From NCBI GenBank assembly GCA_042408215.1, contig JAYFMW010000006.1, forward strand, positions 352,001 through 416,000: 64,000 nucleotides of DNA, given 5' to 3'. The position numbers and the translations under genes were made by a program. This DNA comes from Microcoleus sp. (GTDB taxonomy: Bacteria; Cyanobacteriota; Cyanobacteriia; Cyanobacteriales; Microcoleaceae). This document shows, one piece after another, positions 51,117-61,513 of this stretch (within the stretch, counting starts at the first letter, position 1; each line of letters begins with the position of its first letter). The notes under the pieces were generated by a model, which saw only the letters and a program-made list of their open reading frames with translations, was not told where the DNA came from and searched no databases.

Positions 51117-52505
51117 TCACGGTTCGGGATCTTTCAGCTTCCAACCGGGTTTGGCAACTTGTCGCGATCGCGCAATTACCAAACAATCATCCGGCACATC
51201 TTCTGTGAGTACAGAACCTGCCGCCACAGTGACATCTTCCCCCAAAGTTATCGGTGCAACTAGCACGCTGTTAGAACCGATTTTGGTGCGATCGCCTATG
51301 CTCGTTTTGTGCTTGTTCACCCCATCATAATTGGCAGTAATTGTCCCCGCACCGATGTTGACTTTCTCTCCCAAAATCGCGTCTCCTAAATAAGACAAGT
51401 GAGCAACATTAGTTCGATCGCCTATTTGAACATTTTTCAATTCCACAAAATTTCCTACCCGACAATTCGCCCCAACTTCTGCGTGTCCCCGCAAGTGTGC
51501 GTAAGGGCCAATTCGCGAATTTTCAGCGACAATACTGTCAGAAATCACCGAAAAAAGTACAGTCACATTTTCCCCAATTTGACTGTTTTCAATCAAACTG
51601 CCGGGGCCGATGCGGCTACCCGAACCGATCGAAGTTTGTCCCCGCAAATGTGTTTGGGGTTCAATTACCACATCCGGCTGCAATTTTACCCGATCGTCGA
51701 TGGTAATGCTGTTCGGATCGATCAGCGTCACTCCCGCCGCCATCCACTCGTCTTTTACCCGCGTTTGCAGTATGTCGCAAGCTGTGGCTAAATGTTTGCG
51801 ATCGTTAATTCCCAAAATTTCCTGATAATCTTCGACATCCACAGCCATCACGGGAGCGAGATAATTTACCGTATCAGTTAGGTAATATTCTTTTTGGTCA
51901 TTTTCGGCCTTCAATTCTGGCAATATTTTCTCTAAATCTGGCCATTTAAAACAATAAACACCTGCATTAATTCGGTGATTTTGCTTTTGAGCTTTGGTGC
52001 AATCACGATCTTCTACAATTTCTTTGACTAAGTTTTGACTGTCTGTAAATACTCGCCCGTATCCTTGAGGATTTGGCAAATTAGCAGTCAATAACGTAGC
52101 GGAGTTTTTATGATATTTGTGAATATCCATCAATTGTTTCAGGGTTTGCGATCGCAGCAAGGGTACATCCCCATTTAAAACTAGCAAATCTCCCTGAAAT
52201 CCCTCTAAGTGAGGCAGCAATTGTTGGATGGCGTGACCGGTTCCCAATTGCTCGGTTTGTTCGACAAATTCTAGGGGAGGAAATTCAGGGTTGTCATCCT
52301 GTAATTCTCTACTACCCAGCAGGGATTCTTTAACGAGTTCGCCCCGATAGCCGACGATGACAAGTCGCCGGGAAATTGAAATCTCGTGACAACTACAGAG
52401 CACTCGCTCGACTAGGGATCTACCGCCCAATTCGTGTAAAACTTTGGGCAAGTCAGATTTCATCCGCGTGCCACGTCCAGCCGCTAAAATTGCTATTGCT
52501 ACCAT
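51117..52505 (-). CDS. glmU: Bifunctional UDP-GlcNAc pyrophosphorylase/glucosamine-1-phosphate N-acetyltransferase
   Basis: [48 protein letters not shown]. Confidence 0.98.
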   Translation of the reverse strand: MVAIAILAAGRGTRMKSDLPKVLHELGGRSLVERVLCSCHEISISRRLVIVGYRGELVKESLLGSRELQDDNPEFPPLEFVEQTEQLGTGHAIQQLLPHLEGFQGDLLVLNGDVPLLRSQTLKQLMDIHKYHKNSATLLTANLPNPQGYGRVFTDSQNLVKEIVEDRDCTKAQKQNHRINAGVYCFKWPDLEKILPELKAENDQKEYYLTDTVNYLAPVMAVDVEDYQEILGINDRKHLATACDILQTRVKDEWMAAGVTLIDPNSITIDDRVKLQPDVVIEPQTHLRGQTSIGSGSRIGPGSLIENSQIGENVTVLFSVISDSIVAENSRIGPYAHLRGHAEVGANCRVGNFVELKNVQIGDRTNVAHLSYLGDAILGEKVNIGAGTITANYDGVNKHKTSIGDRTKIGSNSVLVAPITLGEDVTVAAGSVLTEDVPDDCLVIARSRQVAKPGWKLKDPEP

Positions 52506-52630
52506 TGTGCGATCGCTCGATCTAGTATTTACTAAACAGGGTGGAAATCAACAAAGATTTGAAGATTGGCTAACTGATGATATCACTCGCCGTCGGTAAA
52601 TTGCACATAGTTTGCCTCCCATAGCCGATC

Positions 52631-53043
52631 GTAGGGGTAGCGCCAGATTCATTGGTGTCAACAAACAGGCTAAAACCCACGATCAATGTCGCTTGTAGTC
52701 AAGTCTCGCTCCCCCGTACATCCCCCACCCCCCAGCCCCCCTTGGGGCTAAGGGGGATCGGGAAGACTGTGGACTCAGACCAATTTAATGGGTCGTTGCA
52801 TATATCTCGATCCCCCTCGCATCCCCCTTAATCAGGGAGTAGGGTGTGAGTAGGGGTTGACTTTGAGCAGAATCTTGTTCCCCCCTTATTAAGGGGGGTT
52901 AGGGGGGATCAGATTCTACGGGGCCTCATAAAAAACTGGACTCAGACGGTATACTGATACTACTTTTGACGTTAAGTTGACACCTATGCGCCAGAGCGAT
53001 CGCCCCTAATCTATCCGGCAACCACCGGGGGACTTGCCCCTAC
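52631..53043. mobile_element. Nested repeat: GTAGGGG..CCCCTAC shell > GGTGTCAAC shell > 160-bp element at 52780-52939
   Basis: Inner element flanked by ACTCAGA direct repeats; near-identical copy at 63479-63659. Confidence 0.75.
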
Positions 53044-53265
53044 AGCACTTTCAAGAATCCTGCCAGTGGGGCCAACTACGGGGCCTACAGCCCTGCCCAT
53101 TCTGCCTAAAGATGTAAATAAACCAATATTTGCATCTTTTAGCTTTGATTTGCCACGATATATTATACTATTTGTTGAATTTCAGTTGTTGTGTTTTGAA
53201 CCAAAGAAAATTTTTTCTGATTTTTTTATCTATTCTGCCTTCTCAAATCTAAAATCTAAAATCCG

Positions 53266-54306
53266 ATGACAGAGCTTAATTTTTACGAACTTGCAAAGCA
53301 GGGAAATCCGCAGGCGATCGCATTTTTGCTAGAGGCCCACTTGCCATCGGTCGGCATCGCAATCGCAGTTCATCTCAACGGCGATTGTTTGGATGTAATT
53401 TTTGAGTCCGAGCAAGTACCGGCACAAGATAAGTTTGTGGAATTTGTCCGCAGCGAGTTGACTGATTTGCAGCCGAATTCGATTAGCAAGGTGAAGGTTG
53501 AAGGCAGAGAAACAGGTCAGATTGCTGCGGTTTGGAGTCAAGAGTTTACTTTGAATAAAAGCAGTTTTTATGAAGAGACAATTGCTGAAGAATCCGTGGA
53601 AAATACTACGGTGGAACCTCCGTCAAATGACAGGAAAACTAACAGCTATATTCAGGAAACCCCGCCGGAATTAACTGGTCTTGAGAATCGGTTGCGCTCG
53701 ACTTTAATTGTAGTCGGGATTGTGACGGGTATTTTGGCGATCGCAGTGGTTACATTTGTCACTAAAACTTTGAACGAGTCGGCAGCAAAATTAGATCAAA
53801 ATCCCGATAATACAACGAGTTTGACAACTGCACCAGATACTTTTAGAGAGGCCGTTAACAGTGCGCTCAGAGCCGCCGAATTGGGACGATCGGCAAAAAC
53901 TAAGGAGGATTGGACTTTAGTTGCCGATCGCTGGCAAGAAGCGGTCTCTTTGATGAGGAGAGTACCGGTATCGAGTCCTAACTATCAGGTAGCTCAGACA
54001 AAAGTCGTTGAATATCAAAAATATCTGCTTTACGCTCAAGAATCAGCAGTAAATCCTCCACCGCCAAGTCCAAGTCCCGAAACTGCTGACCCCAAAAAAT
54101 CGGAAAAATCCAAGTCTAAAAAATCTAATTCCGAAACAGAAACTTCGGAAAAACTCAAGTCTAAAAAATCTAATTCCGAAAAATCAACGTCCGAAAAAGC
54201 AACTTCAGAGGAATCAAATCCTCAGAAATCTAATTCTGAAACAGCAAATCCTGAAAAAGTAAATCCTGAAAAAGCAACTTCAGAGAAGGCAAATCCTGCT
54301 AAGTAG
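53266..54306 (+). CDS. Conserved hypothetical single-TM protein with low-complexity S/E/K pentapeptide tail
   Basis: LAKQGNPQAIA N-terminal motif, TM helix, W..VADRWQEA..L..VP.SSPNY, KSNSE/KANPE repeats. Confidence 0.8.
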   Translation: MTELNFYELAKQGNPQAIAFLLEAHLPSVGIAIAVHLNGDCLDVIFESEQVPAQDKFVEFVRSELTDLQPNSISKVKVEGRETGQIAAVWSQEFTLNKSSFYEETIAEESVENTTVEPPSNDRKTNSYIQETPPELTGLENRLRSTLIVVGIVTGILAIAVVTFVTKTLNESAAKLDQNPDNTTSLTTAPDTFREAVNSALRAAELGRSAKTKEDWTLVADRWQEAVSLMRRVPVSSPNYQVAQTKVVEYQKYLLYAQESAVNPPPPSPSPETADPKKSEKSKSKKSNSETETSEKLKSKKSNSEKSTSEKATSEESNPQKSNSETANPEKVNPEKATSEKANPAK

Positions 54307-54448
54307 GCGATCGCACAAAAACAATAATATCCAATTTGGAATTGTAGGGGCGGGTTTAGTTAGGGTCTATATTCGGAGCGAGTTTACTGCGGCCCAACCC
54401 GCCCGACCCCATGTTATATTTATTTTTACCCACTTACTTAGATCAACT

Positions 54449-55270
54449 ATGAATGACAATAATTCGATCGTTTCTCCTGAATGGTTGGTAGTCAATACCG
54501 AAAACCCGCAAGTTGTAATTGTTGACTGTCGTTTTTCTCTCGCCGACCCAGAATTGGGACAAAAACAATATCAAGAAAGTCACATTCCGGGAGCTTTCTA
54601 TTTGGATTTAAACCGCGATCTCGCTAGTTCAGTTGCCAAACATGGTGGCAGACATCCGCTACCAAATATTGCAGAATTAGCTGATAAATTGAGTGCGATC
54701 GGCATTAATTCACAAGAAACCTTAGTCGTCGTCTACGACGATTCGCGGTTGGCTTTTGCGTCTCGTTTGTGGTGGCTGTTGCGATATATGGGACATAGCA
54801 AAGTAGCTTTGTTGTCTGGCGGTTTTAGTGGCTATAAAGCGGCTGGATATCCGGTGGTAAATACTTGGCCAGAACCCCGCGAGGGTAAATTCGTACCGGA
54901 ATTGCAACCGGAATGGATTGTCGATATTGAGGCTGTGAAAGCTCGCAAAGATTTACCAGGAGAGGTTTTGGTTGATTCGCGGGAGAGCGATCGATATCTG
55001 GGCATTCGGGAGCCGATCGACCCCATTGCAGGCCACATTCCCGGTGCTGTTAATTACCCTTGGCAAGATGTGACAGATGAGGGAGGAAAAGTGCGATCGG
55101 CATCTGAACAAAAGCAGCGGTGGACGGAATTAGAAAAAGCTGAAGAAATCATTGTTTACTGCGGTTCTGGGGTAACAGCTTGCGTGAATTTATTGTCTTT
55201 AGAAATAGCTGGAATTCCGAATGCTAAACTTTATGTCGGTAGCTGGAGTGACTGGTGTTCTTATCAGTAG
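54449..55270 (+). CDS. Tandem-rhodanese sulfurtransferase (SseA-like)
   Basis: HIPGAFY, GRHPLP, AGHIPGA, YCGSGVTAC, LYVGSWSDW. Confidence 0.93.
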   Translation: MNDNNSIVSPEWLVVNTENPQVVIVDCRFSLADPELGQKQYQESHIPGAFYLDLNRDLASSVAKHGGRHPLPNIAELADKLSAIGINSQETLVVVYDDSRLAFASRLWWLLRYMGHSKVALLSGGFSGYKAAGYPVVNTWPEPREGKFVPELQPEWIVDIEAVKARKDLPGEVLVDSRESDRYLGIREPIDPIAGHIPGAVNYPWQDVTDEGGKVRSASEQKQRWTELEKAEEIIVYCGSGVTACVNLLSLEIAGIPNAKLYVGSWSDWCSYQ

Positions 55271-55339
55271 TAGGGTGCGCTGCGGCGCACCTTACAGGAA
55301 ATAAGTAGGGTGCGCTGCGGCGCACCTTACAGGAAATAA
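55270..55339 (+). repeat. Two copies of a 35-bp REP-like unit GTAGGGTGCGCTGCGGCGCACCTTACAGGAAATAA
   Basis: Exact tandem duplication between convergent genes. Confidence 0.9.
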
Positions 55340-55348
55340 CAGAATATC

Positions 55349-56821
55349 CTAAAAATCAAAATAAATATAAGGCAAACCACCAGCCGGTGCCAACACCCAA
55401 ACCGCATACAAACAAAGTGGCACTAACACCAACTTCACTGGCCAATTTAACTCCAACTTCAAACTCCGACTCAAGGCATAATTCCCCAGCATCGCCACCG
55501 CCAACGCCCCCAAAATCCAACTCAATTGCACTCTTTCTAAGCCCAAGGCTTCCACATAAACTTTATGTGCAAACTGCGCGTCAGCAGTATGTCCCCACAA
55601 ATGGGAAATCGCCCATCCAGAATCTTTCAAATTGGGAAGACGGAAAAATATCCAACTAGCAAAAACCATACATTGAGTCAATAGCCAACCGCTCAAAATG
55701 CCGATCGAACTTTCCCAGAAAAACTCCAGCCGCCACCGCTTACAAACAACATCTGTCAGCCGATGAATCGCCAAAGCCAAACCATGTAAACCTCCCCAAA
55801 CAATAAATCCCCAAGCCGCCCCGTGCCAAATTCCAGCAATTAACATGACGAGTGATAAATTCAGACAATTGCGCCACAAACCAACCCGCGAACCCCCCAA
55901 AGGAAAATACAAATAATTCCGCAACCAATCCCCCAAAGTTATGTGCCAGCGGCGCCAAAAATCAGCGATACTGGCGCTAAAATAAGGGAAATCAAAATTT
56001 GGTGGCAAGTACCAACCCATCAGCAAAGCAGTACCACGCGCCATGTCAACATAGCCGCTAAAATCGAGATAAAGTTGCAACCCGTAAGCAAAAATCGCTA
56101 GCCACAAATCCCCGCTACCAGCCCGCTGCAAATTGGTAAAACTTAAATCGACATAAATTCCCAAATTGTCAGCGAAAAGCCCTTTTTTTGCCGCACCAAA
56201 AGCGATCGTCCAAAGTGCCTCAGCAATTCGATCTGCTGTCGGAAATCGCTGGGACTTGAGTTGATTGATTAAGTTGTGATACCGAGTAATTGGGCCAGAA
56301 ATTAGTTTTGGGAAAAATAACTTGTAAGCAGCAAAGTGCAGCAGCGAAGTCGCAGCCGGAGCGCCTCGATACACGTCTATCAAGTAAGCAATGCACTCAA
56401 AGCAAAAGAAACTCAATCCTAAGGGTGCAATGACGTGAGTTTTTACCCAGTCTGCATTGTCTAGAGCTAATGACCAATTGCATAAAGTGCCGATCGAATT
56501 CAAGAAAAAAGGCACATACTTAAAACCCAGAAGCAGCAAAACATTCAGGCTAATTCCTGTCAACAGCAGCCACAAACGGCGGCGGTTCCAAGTTTCATTA
56601 GCAATCCGCCAATCCAAGGGTTCCCCAATAGCCATCGCCAAGCCGTAATTAAATAGAGTACCAACTAACAGCAGAGGAATGTACCAAATTTGCAGCGAAG
56701 CGTAAAAAATCAGACTAGCAACCAGCATGATGAACAGTCGCCACCACAGAAGGGGAATCAACCAATAAGCCACGAAGACAACTAGCAAAAACAGGGCGTA
56801 TTGAAGGGAGATAAAAGTCAT
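55349..56821 (-). CDS. MBOAT family O-acyltransferase (AlgI/DltB-like)
   Basis: PLGLSFF, FFPKLISGPI, YLDFSGY, NFDFPY, FWRRWHITL, GIWHGA. Confidence 0.93.
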   Translation of the reverse strand: MTFISLQYALFLLVVFVAYWLIPLLWWRLFIMLVASLIFYASLQIWYIPLLLVGTLFNYGLAMAIGEPLDWRIANETWNRRRLWLLLTGISLNVLLLLGFKYVPFFLNSIGTLCNWSLALDNADWVKTHVIAPLGLSFFCFECIAYLIDVYRGAPAATSLLHFAAYKLFFPKLISGPITRYHNLINQLKSQRFPTADRIAEALWTIAFGAAKKGLFADNLGIYVDLSFTNLQRAGSGDLWLAIFAYGLQLYLDFSGYVDMARGTALLMGWYLPPNFDFPYFSASIADFWRRWHITLGDWLRNYLYFPLGGSRVGLWRNCLNLSLVMLIAGIWHGAAWGFIVWGGLHGLALAIHRLTDVVCKRWRLEFFWESSIGILSGWLLTQCMVFASWIFFRLPNLKDSGWAISHLWGHTADAQFAHKVYVEALGLERVQLSWILGALAVAMLGNYALSRSLKLELNWPVKLVLVPLCLYAVWVLAPAGGLPYIYFDF

Positions 56822-56822
56822 G

Positions 56823-56878
56823 CGATTTGAGATTGTAGATTTGAGATTGTAGATTTGAGATTGTAGATTTTAGATTGT
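56823..56878 (+). repeat. STRR (GATTTGA/GATTGTA)n
   Basis: Tandem heptamers upstream of the MBOAT gene. Confidence 0.85.
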
Positions 56879-57398
56879 TCCCATCCTGAGTCTGCGAAGG
56901 AATGAATCCGGGGACTTGTGACTAAATTGCTTGATTGTCATTTTTCACAAATAAATAAGATAACAAGACTTACGCACCGACTCTACTTCTAGGGTGCTGA
57001 TAGTTGCACCTTACTACTACAGATAGTGTAAAAATTGACTCATGCAGCGTAAGTTCTGGATCAGTGTTTGCATATTTTACTCCACCAATGTTTTCCTATT
57101 GGAAATAAAGCTTGTTTTGAGTTCGCCCGATGCCGGAAAGATTCAGCTTTGTCATTTAATTCGGCGTCAAGTGCCACAACTACGCGATGAGTATCTTCTA
57201 GTTCTTGATTTAATTTTACTCGTGATTTTTGACGCGGTTGGAGTGAGTATAAAGTGCGTAGTAATTCTGGATTTTGTTGCTGAATTTCTGCCTAGGTATC
57301 TGAGGAAAATTGGCGCGCTAGTTGGTCAACTAATTGATTTAATTCGATCGCACTCAGGGACGGCATCAGTTGGGAAAACTGCTTGATTAATTGTACAG

Positions 57399-57926
57399 TT
57401 AACTGTTGGCGCGATCGGGGTCAGAGCCGAACTGCAAAATACGTTTGACGATCGCCGTGGTAGAACTAGAAACTTCTATTTTGATCAAGGAAATCTTGCC
57501 ACCTACCGCTTCAACTGCCGGTGCTTCGGGGAGTGTTGACAGTTGATAGTCGCCTCCTTTAACGTATATATCTGGCTTCAGGGTAGTTATCAGTTGAGTT
57601 GCTGTCATCTCCGAAAAAATTACTACTGCATCTACTGATCTGAGAGCCGCCAGCACTTCGGCTCGCTGGTTTTCCGGTACGATCGGGCGGGGCGGAAATC
57701 CCGGCTGCTGGGGTTTGAGCGCAACCACGCTCGCATCGCTATTCAAGCCCACCACGAGCGATCGCCCCAAGGTTTTGGCCGCCTGCAAATAGCGGACATG
57801 ACCTGCGTGAAGGAGATCGAAGCAGCCGTTGGTAAAGACGATCGGACGCCACCGCTGCGGATCAGAGGCGATCGCCTCTTCGAGTTCTCTCAACCAGTAA
57901 ACACCAGAAATCATTGCGATCGACAC
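57399..57926 (-). CDS. D-glycero-beta-D-manno-heptose 1-phosphate adenylyltransferase (RfaE domain II-like)
   Basis: VFTNGCFDLLHAGH, VGLNSD, RP, YVKGGDY, STT. Confidence 0.9.
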   Translation of the reverse strand: MSIAMISGVYWLRELEEAIASDPQRWRPIVFTNGCFDLLHAGHVRYLQAAKTLGRSLVVGLNSDASVVALKPQQPGFPPRPIVPENQRAEVLAALRSVDAVVIFSEMTATQLITTLKPDIYVKGGDYQLSTLPEAPAVEAVGGKISLIKIEVSSSTTAIVKRILQFGSDPDRANS

Positions 57927-58163
57927 CAGCGAAATTGAACAGCGACCAATAATCTTACCAAGAAATGCGCTTTTCTTGCACCTGACGAGAGTGAAAAATT
58001 AATAACTCAAGTTATTGGTGATTGATTATTGGTTACTTGCGATCGGTTATTGGTTATTTGCGATCGGTTATTTGTTATGGGGGATCGCCCAGACTTGTCG
58101 TGCTGATTCCGGGAATGTCCTAAAAACTCTTTACCAAGAAATTGGGTCTGAAGCCCCGTCCTT

Positions 58164-58304
58164 CTAGGACGGCTTTTTCTTTAACTTCAAGCCCCTAATC
58201 AACTCCCTAAGAACATCTGTCTTGGTTCTTCCTACAGAATTGCAATAGTCCTCTAGTATCTGCATCTCAAGTTCTTCAATCCTGAAATCTAATCTTCTTT
58301 TCAT
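58164..58304 (-). CDS. 46-aa ribbon-helix-helix (CopG-like) protein, divergent from tnpB
   Basis: Manual translation MKRRLDFRIEELEMQILEDYCNSVGRTKTDVLRELIRGLKLKKKPS shows a beta-strand/helix/helix pattern. Confidence 0.75.
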   Translation of the reverse strand: MKRRLDFRIEELEMQILEDYCNSVGRTKTDVLRELIRGLKLKKKPS

Positions 58305-58338
58305 CAAACTATCCGGTTATTTGCTGTATAATAATAGC

Positions 58339-59541
58339 ATGAAAAGCCGTTATCAGTATCGAATCTACCCCACAGACCAACAGCAGAGAGCCTTAGCTAT
58401 GCTCTTTGGTTGTGTCCGTGTGGTGTGGAATGATGCTCTGGGGTTATGCAAGCAATCAGAGAAGCTACCTAAAAATAGTGACCTCCAAAAGGTTTGCATT
58501 ACTCAAGCTAAACACCTTAAAGAGAGAGCGTGGTTAAGCCGGGTGTCAGTTACACCTCTGCAACAATCCATAGCTGATTTAGGAGTGGCATACAAGAACT
58601 TCTTTGACTCCCTCAAGGGGAAAAGGAAAGGGCAAAAAGTAGGCTCTCCTAAGTTCAAGAAAAAGGATAATCGGCAATCAGCTAGGTTTACCAAAAATAG
58701 CTTCAGCATCAAAGGTAATAAAGTTTATCTGGCTAAAATCGGTAATCTCAAAACCTTCTGGTCACGTCCTTTACCGACCGTACCCAGTTCAGTCACGGTA
58801 ATCAAAGATAGAGCTAATCGTTATTTCCTGAGCTTTGTAGTTGAGATTATCCCAGAAATCAAGCCGGCTATTCATCCATCAGTAGGAATTGATTTAGGGA
58901 TTAAAACCTTTGCTGTCCTGAGTACAGGAGAGAAAGTTGACAGCCCTGATTATTCCCCACTGGATAGGAAAATTAGAAGGTTTCAGAGACGGTTAGCCAA
59001 GCGGGTAAAAGGCTCCAAGCGGCGGGAAGTAATGCGGCTGAAGGTAGCCAAACTGAAAGCCAAGGAACAAGACACCCGGAAAGATTTCCTGCATAAACTA
59101 TCAACTAGAGTAACTAACGATAACCAAGTGATTGCTCTGGAAGATTTGAATGTTTCGGGGATGGTGAAGAACCGGAAATTAGCTAGGGCTATTAGCCAAG
59201 CAGGATGGCGAGAATTTAGAACTCTAGTTGAAAATAAATCAACTAAGTTGGGCAGAGAATTTGTTGTCATCAGTAGATGGGAACCAACCAGCCAAATCTG
59301 TTCTGAGTGTGGTTATAAATGGGGCAAGTTAGATTTATCCGTGAGGGAATTAGTTTGTCTCAATTGTGGCGCTCAACATGATAGAGATGGCAATGCTGCC
59401 AAAAATATAGAAAAAGTCGGGGTAGGGCATACCCACGACTCTAAATGGACGGGGAGGGAGTGTAAGACCTCGGTAGAGGCTGTTTCCGTTGAGCCGTCAA
59501 CCCAAGTAGAAGTAGTTCAGTTAACCCTGTTCGCTTGCTAG
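58339..59541 (+). CDS. tnpB: RNA-guided endonuclease TnpB, apparently intact
   Basis: YQYRIYPT, FGCVRVVWN, VGIDLG, LEDLNV, CSECG/CLNCG zinc finger, DRDGNAA. Confidence 0.95.
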   Translation: MKSRYQYRIYPTDQQQRALAMLFGCVRVVWNDALGLCKQSEKLPKNSDLQKVCITQAKHLKERAWLSRVSVTPLQQSIADLGVAYKNFFDSLKGKRKGQKVGSPKFKKKDNRQSARFTKNSFSIKGNKVYLAKIGNLKTFWSRPLPTVPSSVTVIKDRANRYFLSFVVEIIPEIKPAIHPSVGIDLGIKTFAVLSTGEKVDSPDYSPLDRKIRRFQRRLAKRVKGSKRREVMRLKVAKLKAKEQDTRKDFLHKLSTRVTNDNQVIALEDLNVSGMVKNRKLARAISQAGWREFRTLVENKSTKLGREFVVISRWEPTSQICSECGYKWGKLDLSVRELVCLNCGAQHDRDGNAAKNIEKVGVGHTHDSKWTGRECKTSVEAVSVEPSTQVEVVQLTLFAC

Positions 59542-60196
59542 GAATCACCGTGGCTTTAGCCCGGTGAGGATGTCAATCATCTCAATTAGAAACTTGAGAA
59601 AGCTTCACAGCTACGGGCGATCGCGCGCACCGACACCCCAGCTCAACTCTGGATACCATTGCAGAAACTCCGCCCTCTATCGTCGCAGCCGACCTCAAGA
59701 AAACCCAAGGGAAAGTCAAAGCCGTTACCCGAACCATCTATATTGGTGGAAAATAACCTAAAATCAGGGACGGTCTGAATCAGATTCGGAGTTTCCCCTC
59801 TCCGGGGCCGTTGGCACCAAGCGGGATTGCTGTTTCCTGAAATTCGGGACTAAACCTCGACTGTAGGCACTATGCTATACAGTTATAAAACAGTCCTGGA
59901 CGCACGCGGGGGCCGTTTTTGATCAAAGAGGCCCTGGTGGTTGATCCCAACGACTGCGTTGATCCTGAGCGTAGTCGAAGGGCTCAGGGGCCACGAAGCC
60001 GAAACCCTGCGGCGAGCATCACAAGCGAGCATCCACGATTTTTCGGATCAACTGGGTTTTTTTTGGCCGTCCTAAAAAGAAAAAGTATTATAAAACTTTA
60101 TTAAGTTTGTAAGCAGTAGTAAGCAATGGTAGTATCATATAGTCAGAAGGCTCAACTGAGATAATTATTGCGATTGTTAAAAAATGGAGAGTCAGA

Positions 60197-61467
60197 ATGC
60201 AACTAGCAGAGAGGCATATCATTAAATCCACCGAGAATCGTTTTGTTGAAATTGACGGATTAGCCTTTAAATCCAAAAATCTCTACAACGTCGCTAACTA
60301 CGTTATTCGTCAGAGTTTTGTCTATGGATGGGGTTATATCAATTACAACGAAATGAACTGTTTGATGAAGTCTCATCAAGCATATAAGGACTTACCAGCC
60401 AAGGTAAGTCAACAAATCTTGATGATATTGGACAAGAATTGGAAATCTTTTTTTGAAGCCGTTAAAGCTTACAATATTGAGCCAACAAAATTTACTGGTA
60501 GCCCAAAGTTGCCCAAGTACAAAGATAAAGTCAAAGGGCGAAACATTCTCGTTTATACGATTCAGGCGATTAGTAGCAAGCAATTGAAGAAAGGAATTAT
60601 CCATCTGTCCGGGACTAACATCTTGATTAAGACCCTGGTAAAACCAGAGCAAATTTGTCAAGTTAGACTTCCAAATGTGATTCTTATGTAATTGAGGTAA
60701 TTTATGATGAGCCGGAGTCCACCATTGATGAAAATCAGAAAGAATTAGTAGCTAGTATTGATTTAGGATTGAATAATTTAGTGGCGCTAACTTCAAATCA
60801 GCCGGGATTTGTCCCTTTACTGATTAACGGGCGACCATTAAAATCAATTAATCAGTTTTACAATAAGCGTAAAGCACATCTACAATCTCGATTGAAAGAG
60901 AGTCGCAAAACATCGCGTAGGATTCAGCGCTTGACTCGTTGTAGAAACCAGAAAATCGATAATTACTTACACCAGGCCAGTCGTTCTATCATCAATCTTT
61001 TAAGTTCAGGAAAGATTGGGACTCTGGTAATAGGGAAAAATGTACAATGGAAAAACGAGATTAATTTTGGAAAAAAAACTAATCAGAACTTCGTAACTGT
61101 TCCTCATGCTCGATTAATTGAGATGTTGGAATACAAAGCTGAATTGGTCGGAATAAGAGTGATGGTGCAGGAAGAATCATATACTTCTCAATCCAGTTTT
61201 CTGAATTTAGACCCGATTCCTGTTTACGGGAGTATTGGTGACATGGATGTCACATTTAGTGGCCAACGAATTAAGAGAGGATTGTACAAAACATCGAGCG
61301 GTAGATTAATTAATGCTGATGTTAACGGGTCTTATAATATTTTAAGAAAAGCAATCCCAAATGCCTTGTGCAATGGGATAGAGAGCTGCGTAGTTCAGCC
61401 GAGGCGGGTTAATCCGCTCGAAGTGAAAGCGAAAGGGGAGGGAATTAATGCCTCCCATGTCATATAA
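60197..61467 (+). pseudogene. tnpB: TnpB (zinc-finger-less, EESYTS type), frameshifted at about 60670
   Basis: SKNLYN, QVRL|CDSYVIEVIY, ASIDLGLNNL, VIGKN, QEESYTS, NADVNGSYNI. Confidence 0.88.
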
Positions 61468-61513
61468 TAGATGACTATACTTTTACAAGCTATAGAACCA
61501 TCCAACAGGAATT

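Larger units (their letters stand above)
58135..59576 (+). mobile_element. IS200/IS605-family non-autonomous element (RHH gene + tnpB)
   Basis: TTAC immediately 5'; left-end hairpin ccgtcct-tct-aggacgg; right-end hairpin tcaccg..cggtga ending in TCAA at 59576. Confidence 0.85.

Noticed and set aside
57042..57386. 114-aa + strand ORF
   Set aside because: Probably the antisense shadow of a degraded minus-strand gene
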